From: Thermoplasmata archaeon
GTDB taxonomy: Archaea > Thermoplasmatota > Thermoplasmata > Lutacidiplasmatales > UBA184
NCBI GenBank assembly: GCA_021817245.1
Contig: JAKAVQ010000006.1
Coordinates: forward strand, 66,001-130,000
Length of the DNA: 64,000 nt
Direction of reading: 5' to 3'
The notes below the pieces were generated by a model that worked only from the letters and a program-made list of their open reading frames with translations, did no database searches and had not been told where the DNA came from. A program made the translations under genes and the position numbers. Shown here piece by piece: positions 58,621-64,000 of the stretch; position 1 is the stretch's first letter; each line of letters begins with the position of its first letter.

Positions 58621-59241
58621 TCAACCGAGCTTCCTCAAGATGAACCGCCGCGAGAACGGCTTGGCTTTGCCTGGGATCACCTCCCACGAACGTCGCGAAA
58701 GCAACTCGCGGAATCGCCGCTCCGATGTCCGCAGGGCCCTACCGCGGCTGGTCAAGCCCGGACCAATCGTCACGAAGGTCACCAAGGCGCGGCCTCCCGG
58801 TTTGAGGATTCGCCACATCTCCTCCATCGCTCGCTCCTTGTCGACCAGGCAACAAAGGAGCCCGTTCGAAAGGATGTAATCCACACTGCCGGAGGGGATG
58901 GACGGCACCGAAGCTGCGGAGCAATGGATGAACTCCACCCGGTCCGTCACCTCCAAGGTGGTGGCGACCTGCCGCGCCAACGACAGGGCGTCGTCGTCGA
59001 GATCGACGGCGTAGATCCGTCCCGCTACCCCGATTCTCCGACTTAGCTCTGCGAGGAAAAACCCGCCTCCGGCACCGAGGTCCGCAACCACGTCCCCCGG
59101 CCTGGGCGGGCAGAAGTCAATCAGGCGGCCCGGCTTCTTGAACCACCGTCGAAGCGGGTTGTGGAAGAACCACGTCGGCAGGGTTCGGTCCCGAACACCC
59201 AAAGTCGACACGGTTCCGGGCGACCTTCCGAAGAGAGGCAC
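58621..59241 (-). CDS. Class I SAM-dependent methyltransferase (type 11)
   Basis: VVADLGAGGGFF motif I; ILKPGGRALV post-II. Confidence 0.6.
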   Translation of the reverse strand: MPLFGRSPGTVSTLGVRDRTLPTWFFHNPLRRWFKKPGRLIDFCPPRPGDVVADLGAGGGFFLAELSRRIGVAGRIYAVDLDDDALSLARQVATTLEVTDRVEFIHCSAASVPSIPSGSVDYILSNGLLCCLVDKERAMEEMWRILKPGGRALVTFVTIGPGLTSRGRALRTSERRFRELLSRRSWEVIPGKAKPFSRRFILRKLG

Positions 59242-59255
59242 GCGACGTTGGGAGG

Positions 59256-60116
59256 TTACGGCATGTTCATCGGGCCAGGTCCACCGCAGCAGTCCTCGAG
59301 GTTGATGACCGTGACCACCTGTTGCGCATCGTATCCATACTGCACGATCAAGGCCTTGGCCAAGCCCTCATGAGCATAGTAGGCCCAGCACTGGCAGCAG
59401 CACCAGCCGTTGTCGTTCGTGTTGCTAGCCGCCGTGTTGAAGATGGCTTGCTGGCTCGAGGTGAGCCCATCGCCGGCATGCGCCACGTCGGCTTTCGCCG
59501 TGTGCGCGACCACGTTGTAGGGGTCGGGCGGGATGAGGGAGATCGAAGCGTAGCTCGTGAGCCCCGGAATCTGGGACGAATAGTCCGGGGTGTAGTCCAT
59601 CGGACTGCAACACGAGCCTTGGATGTAGGTGGTGTCCGCCAATCCGTTGATCCAGTTGACGTACGCCGTTTCATCGCCGAGACTGACTCCCGTCCACACA
59701 CACGCGTCGGTGGACTGTTGGCTGAGGTAGTTGAATTCAACCTGGGTCCCTGCCGCTCCCGGACCCGGGTTGGTTCCCGGTTTCGGTGGGCCTCCGAAGA
59801 GAACGCCCGACGTGAAGATGAGGTAGAGCACCAGGATCAGCACGGTGACGGCGGAACCGCCGATAATGATTGAGCGCAATCGCTTCCGGCCGCCTCGGCC
59901 GGCTCGGTCTCCCCCGCGATCGGGACCTCCCGGAGCTTGGGGTCCCGAACGGCTGCTCCGGGAGCGACGCTGGAAATAGAGCGCCCGCAGGGCGCGGCCG
60001 GCGTCAGCGCCCGGAGGGGGGTGGAAGCCGGCCTTCCGATCCCTGGCCACCTTGTCCCAACTGACCCCGTCGGCGCGAAGCTGTTCGACACGCTCCCAGT
60101 CGGTCATGCGTCGCAA
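59256..60116 (-). CDS. Membrane-anchored Cys-rich extracellular protein (hypothetical)
   Basis: Single TM (AVTVLILVLYLIFTSGVLF) then a domain with 10 Cys (CC, CCCQC, CC). Confidence 0.4.
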   Translation of the reverse strand: MRRMTDWERVEQLRADGVSWDKVARDRKAGFHPPPGADAGRALRALYFQRRSRSSRSGPQAPGGPDRGGDRAGRGGRKRLRSIIIGGSAVTVLILVLYLIFTSGVLFGGPPKPGTNPGPGAAGTQVEFNYLSQQSTDACVWTGVSLGDETAYVNWINGLADTTYIQGSCCSPMDYTPDYSSQIPGLTSYASISLIPPDPYNVVAHTAKADVAHAGDGLTSSQQAIFNTAASNTNDNGWCCCQCWAYYAHEGLAKALIVQYGYDAQQVVTVINLEDCCGGPGPMNMP

Positions 60117-60318
60117 CTACCCGGACAACGGATATATAGATTGACCGCGCGCGGGCAACCGACGGGAACGGGCTGCTGGGCCACCCGGTGTCGACGGCCG
60201 GATTCTCCCTCCGGACGGTCGGGTTCTTGAACGGCCGCATCAACAAAATGGCAACGCAGGGCCCGACGAGCGTCGCCCCCGCGGTTCGTACCCCCCTGAC
60301 AAGTAGCGGGATGAGTGG

Positions 60319-60963
60319 TTGCACTCCCGAGGGAGACGTCCTACCATGACCGGCGTCGCGGAGCAAGGTGAGGGATGGATCCTCCGCCATCGTGGAGCGG
60401 TTCGTCGGTCGGCCCGTATGGTCTTCGGATTCGTCTGGGGAATCGATGCCGCGCTCGCGTTCTTCCCGCAGACTCCGTTTTGGTTCTCGGAGAGCGTTCT
60501 CGCCGCGAGCATCGGCCAGCCTTCCTGGCTCTCCGGCTGGTATGCCTTCTGGGTGGTCCAAGCCCAGCAGTACGCAGCACTGGACGTGGGGGTCGTCACC
60601 TTTCTCGAACTCGCGTTGTGCGTTTCGCTCATCGTGGGACTTTTGAGAAAGACCGCCTACCTCGGGGGGATAGGCCTGAGCTTGTTCATTTGGGCGGTTC
60701 CTAATGGGTTCGGAGGCCCGTACGACGTAGGCACTTTTGACGTGGGAGTGGGCGTCATTTACGCGATCGCGTTCCTGTTCCTGATGGTGCTTGACGCCGA
60801 CCCATCCGCCAAGGTAGGGACCGTCGACGGGTGGATCGAGCGCCGTTGGCCGGGTTGGGCCCGCTGGGCGGAGGTCTCTACTTCGGTATTCCGCGCTCAG
60901 GAGAGGGTCTCTCGCAGACCTCATGAGGTCCCAGCAACTCCTCCGGTCCGGCAGGACCCATGA
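60319..60963 (+). CDS. Integral membrane protein, paralog A of a three-member family (VPxGFGGPY motif; DoxX-like?)
   Basis: FIWAVPNGFGGPYDVGTFDVGVGVIYAIAFLFLM; stop overlaps the cupredoxin start (ATGA). Confidence 0.5.
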   Translation: MHSRGRRPTMTGVAEQGEGWILRHRGAVRRSARMVFGFVWGIDAALAFFPQTPFWFSESVLAASIGQPSWLSGWYAFWVVQAQQYAALDVGVVTFLELALCVSLIVGLLRKTAYLGGIGLSLFIWAVPNGFGGPYDVGTFDVGVGVIYAIAFLFLMVLDADPSAKVGTVDGWIERRWPGWARWAEVSTSVFRAQERVSRRPHEVPATPPVRQDP

Positions 60964-61682
60964 CAGCCGGCAAGGAGCATGCCGCAATCGACTCGCCGGC
61001 GACCGGCCAGCACCCTCCGGGTCGTCCTCTCGGGCCCGTCGTCGTCGTTCTGGTGGTGGCGATCCTCGTCGGTCTCGCGGGGACTGCCTTCGCCTTTATG
61101 ATCGTCGAAGCGCCGTCACTGGCTTCGGCAGGATGCCCCTCGGTCGCTCAGTACGACCCTACGGTCTCGACGATCAACAATCAGACGTTCACCGAAGATA
61201 ACTCCCTGCCCCCGGGGGTCAGCGAAACTCCGGCGATGAATTCGATTACGCTCACGGCGACCGGGGCGACGTTGCTCATCGAGGGGGCGCCCGGGTGGTA
61301 TCCTCACTCCGGGAACTACTTCCTGAGCTACGGACTCGTGAACCCGCAACTCTCCGTGCCTTCGGGAGAGCCGGTGCGGTTCGAATTCATCAACATGGAC
61401 AACGAGTCCCACGACTTCGCGCTGACCACCCAGCCGCCGCCGTATCCCTACATGCCGATGATGAGCGGGGGAGGGATGATGGGAATGGGTGGCGGGAGCG
61501 GCTGCTGGCTTTCCGTGGGGTCGATGATGGTCAATGGAATAACGGCACCGAGCGCAAACCCGGTCTACCAGACCACCGCTGCCACGCTCAGCTTCGCGGG
61601 CCCGGGGACGTTCTGGTATCTCTGTCTGATGCCGGGCCACGCTCAATCGGGGATGTACGGTCAGCTGACCGTCCGAGGCTGA
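60960..61682 (+). CDS. Membrane-anchored type-1 copper protein (sulfocyanin/plastocyanin-like cupredoxin)
   Basis: N-terminal TM; Cu ligands in FINMDNESHDFAL (His) and WYLCLMPGHAQSGMYG (Cys-x2-His-x4-Met), the canonical cupredoxin C-terminal loop. Confidence 0.7.
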   Translation: MTAGKEHAAIDSPATGQHPPGRPLGPVVVVLVVAILVGLAGTAFAFMIVEAPSLASAGCPSVAQYDPTVSTINNQTFTEDNSLPPGVSETPAMNSITLTATGATLLIEGAPGWYPHSGNYFLSYGLVNPQLSVPSGEPVRFEFINMDNESHDFALTTQPPPYPYMPMMSGGGMMGMGGGSGCWLSVGSMMVNGITAPSANPVYQTTAATLSFAGPGTFWYLCLMPGHAQSGMYGQLTVRG

Positions 61683-62325
61683 CGCCGGATTCCCGCGGTG
61701 GTGCGGCGGGCTGCGTCGGGGCCCGGGCTTGAACCAGCCGTTGCCACGCCGGCCATCGCCGTCCCACGGTCGTGTCGAGCGTGAACCGGGGCGGTCCCGA
61801 AATCGAGTCGAGATGGAGTAAGGCGAGGAAGACGACAGCGTACAGGATTCCGGTGCCCATGTCGGTGCTCCCGGGACCATAGGGTCCTCCGAAACCCTGG
61901 GGTACTGTCCAGAGGAAGATGCTGAGGACCAGACCGAGCAGGTACACGGGCCTGCGCAGCAAGCCTGTGAACAGGCAGAACCCGATTGCGAGTTCCACCA
62001 ACCCGAAACCGTACCACCAGAAGACCGGGTTCCCTGCGACGATGCCCGCCCAAGCGGAGAACCAGCCCATGAGCCATGGCGGTTGACCGTCTTCGACCAT
62101 GACCACCGTCCAGTACGAAAGCTGCGAGTAGGTCCCGGGAAGGAATCGGAGCAGGCCATCCGCCATCCAGACACTTCCGAAGAGGATCCGGAGGGCCGTC
62201 GTCCGAAGCGACGGGGAGAAGATCTCTCGGAACCGCCCGCCCCACGCGGCGGCCACGGAGGCGAAGACCGTCGCGCCGAGGAGTAGCAGGACGGCCACCT
62301 CGAGGGCCAGAGCGATCTCGCTCAT
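61588..62325 (-). CDS. Integral membrane protein, paralog B
   Basis: LWTVPQGFGGPYGPGSTDMGTGILYAVVFLALL. Confidence 0.5.
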   Translation of the reverse strand: MSEIALALEVAVLLLLGATVFASVAAAWGGRFREIFSPSLRTTALRILFGSVWMADGLLRFLPGTYSQLSYWTVVMVEDGQPPWLMGWFSAWAGIVAGNPVFWWYGFGLVELAIGFCLFTGLLRRPVYLLGLVLSIFLWTVPQGFGGPYGPGSTDMGTGILYAVVFLALLHLDSISGPPRFTLDTTVGRRWPAWQRLVQARAPTQPAAPPRESGVSLGRSADRTSPIERGPASDRDTRTSPGPRS

Positions 62326-63323
62326 TCGTAGATCAACCCCATGCTGTTGTCGGAGGGCGTGGAAACCACGGCTCGCTGGGAGGCTGGGGCTTTGTGTTCC
62401 GCCCCACGAAGGCGACGACTTCGCGCGGGCACGGAGGGGCGATCATCGGTCCGACGGACGCTGCGAAGCCAGTGCCACCGTCTCGGACGAAGGGAGGTCA
62501 AGGAGGGAGGGGCGGAGGAAGGGCTCCCCACATTGGGCGGAAGACCGGCACCTCCCGGGTCGTGGGAATCGTCCGGAGTCAGCCGACGAAAGGACGCGCC
62601 ACCGATGATTCGCCATGCCGGCCATCGGCGCTCGAGGGCGGGATCGCCCGCCAGTCGAGCCGGGCCCGATACCGAATCCATCCGGAGGAGGATCAGAAAG
62701 AGCACGGCGTACAGCAGGCCCGCGCCGATGTCGGTGTTGGGAGCGGCGTAGGGACCGCCGAATCCGTTCGGGACCGCCCAGAGCATGAGGCTGAAGAGGA
62801 ATCCCACGACGTACGCCAGTCGACGGGCGACCCCGAGGATGAGGCAAGCGGCAAGGAACGCCGTCAGTACCCCGGTGCCATACCACCAGAACCCGGGATC
62901 TGCGGCGATCACGCCGGCCCAATACGAGAACCACCCGGAGAGCGCGGGCTGTTCTTGGCCGGCTCCGACGACGAGCAGGTACGCCAATTGCGTGGGAGCT
63001 CCGGGGAGGAACTGGAGAGTCGCATCCACTGCCAGGATTCCCCCCAGCAAGAGGCGGAGGCAGGCAACGCGACTTCCCGGAGACCGCAGACGAAACGTCT
63101 CCGGAAACGCGAACAGCGCCCCGAGAACGATCGCGACGAGAGCCATGGTCATTGCCGCAAACTCGGCCGGTACGAACAGCTCCGACATTCCGGAAAGCAA
63201 CTGCCGGTAGACGTAGGTCGGCCGGAGACAAGAGGCCTGCTCCCCCGCGGAGAAGGTCTCCCCGTCGCTCCGAGCAACACCTAAAGTTAAGTGTCGGGTG
63301 CCGATGACAAGACCTTCCACCAT
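62322..63323 (-). CDS. Integral membrane protein, paralog C (start may be the internal Met near 63188)
   Basis: LWAVPNGFGGPYAAPNTDIGAGLLYAVLFLILL; stop overlaps the paralog B start (ATGA). Confidence 0.5.
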   Translation of the reverse strand: MVEGLVIGTRHLTLGVARSDGETFSAGEQASCLRPTYVYRQLLSGMSELFVPAEFAAMTMALVAIVLGALFAFPETFRLRSPGSRVACLRLLLGGILAVDATLQFLPGAPTQLAYLLVVGAGQEQPALSGWFSYWAGVIAADPGFWWYGTGVLTAFLAACLILGVARRLAYVVGFLFSLMLWAVPNGFGGPYAAPNTDIGAGLLYAVLFLILLRMDSVSGPARLAGDPALERRWPAWRIIGGASFRRLTPDDSHDPGGAGLPPNVGSPSSAPPSLTSLRPRRWHWLRSVRRTDDRPSVPARSRRLRGAEHKAPASQRAVVSTPSDNSMGLIYE

Positions 63324-63810
63324 GCAACCGGTCTCCGTCGACGCGATCCACGTCCCGACCCGCGGATCTCCGGTAGGCGCGACGATCCGTCACCCGGTCC
63401 TCGTGGCCCTGGTTTCGCTGGAACTCGGTTTGTTGGCCGTCCAGTTCGCGCTCGGAATGTTCGTCAATCTGTATGTGACGTTCCCGTCGCCCGTCTTCGG
63501 GATGTACGGCTTGATGCAACTGATGTTCCAGCCGGGAATGGGGACCGTAATGGCTCACATGATGACCGGCATGGTCTTGGGCGCCCTCACCCTGCTCACG
63601 TTCGCGGCCGCCGCCCTCTCCCGAAACACGCTCCTGATCGCCGCGACCGGGGGGACGTTCGCCGCTGTAGTGGCAGCGGGAATCAGCGGCATGGAGTTCT
63701 TGTTCTCCGGGCAGAATAACGCCTACTCGTACGGGATGTCACTGGGGTTCCTCTTGGCGTTTACGATGGCGTTTCTCAGTCTTCTCGTCGCATCGGGCCG
63801 GACGAGATAG
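63298..63810 (+). CDS. Met-rich integral membrane protein (possible Cu(I)-handling)
   Basis: 170 aa; four TM helices; MYGLMQLMFQPGMGTVMAHMMTGM Met-rich motif. Confidence 0.4.
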   Translation: MPMTRPSTMQPVSVDAIHVPTRGSPVGATIRHPVLVALVSLELGLLAVQFALGMFVNLYVTFPSPVFGMYGLMQLMFQPGMGTVMAHMMTGMVLGALTLLTFAAAALSRNTLLIAATGGTFAAVVAAGISGMEFLFSGQNNAYSYGMSLGFLLAFTMAFLSLLVASGRTR

Positions 63811-64000
63811 AGTACGACCCATCCCTCTCGGCGACCAACACGAGGCGGGGAACCTGCCGCCCACGCGCACCACGAAACCATGACTTCTGGGGTGGGTTTC
63901 GGGCCGGAGAACTCTCCGAACCCCCGTGCGGAAACGGCACGCGGAGCCGACTCGAGCAGCGTACGGCAGAGGCGCCCCCTCCTGACGGAGGCGAGTTCTC

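Larger units (their letters stand above)
51493..64000. mobile_element. Integrated mobile element at the 3' end of tRNA-Arg; right border not in window
   Basis: Tyrosine integrase 53 bp downstream of the tRNA; GC content falls from ~70% to ~58-62%; cargo includes an R-M system, an iteron/repeat control region, and metal/copper genes. Confidence 0.55.

Noticed and set aside
1-64000. CRISPR arrays, rRNA genes, transposase/IS elements
   Set aside because: No regularly spaced short repeats with unique spacers were seen, and no rRNA-like conserved stretches. The only recombinase is the tyrosine integrase. The repeats at 55.4-56.2 kb lack CRISPR periodicity.

Overview
This window is a high-GC (about 68-70%) archaeal chromosomal segment. 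The archaeal assignment rests on glycerol-1-phosphate dehydrogenase, GatD/GatE, Spt5-SecE-L11, FtsZ, Hel308, Orc1/Cdc6, UPF0179, MptE and HVO_0476-family genes. Coding density is high and there are many convergent overlaps. The first ~51 kb is core genome: ScpB C-terminus, a secreted S53 peptidase, HIT, MEMO-like, dCTP deaminase, LeuRS, QueE, EgsA, a glycan-biosynthesis cluster, NFACT/Rqc2, Hel308, Orc1/Cdc6, MscS, FtsZ, secE-spt5-rpl11, hsp20, flavodoxin, a group-3-like [NiFe] hydrogenase operon with hypA/hypC, transporters and gatD-gatE. Two tRNA genes, Pro-TGG and Arg-GCG, each carry a ~34-35 nt intron at the same non-canonical D-loop position. Immediately 3' of tRNA-Arg the GC content drops and a tyrosine integrase opens an integrated element of at least 12.5 kb that runs off the window end. 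The element carries a Dam-type restriction-modification pair, a ~2 kb largely non-coding control region with GGTGCCG iterons, two ~75-bp hairpin-containing direct repeats, a (TA)n box, palindromic operator-like sites and two C2H2/C2HC zinc-finger peptides. It also carries a CsoR-like repressor with a CDF metal exporter, and a copper-associated module: a sulfocyanin-like cupredoxin, three paralogous membrane proteins, a Met-rich membrane protein and a Cys-rich secreted protein. The hydrogenase operon is unusual in three ways. The large subunit is fused in-frame to its HycI-like maturation protease. A cyclic-nucleotide-binding-domain protein is translationally coupled between the beta and gamma subunits. 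The hypA homolog lacks its zinc finger. No CRISPR array or rRNA was seen.
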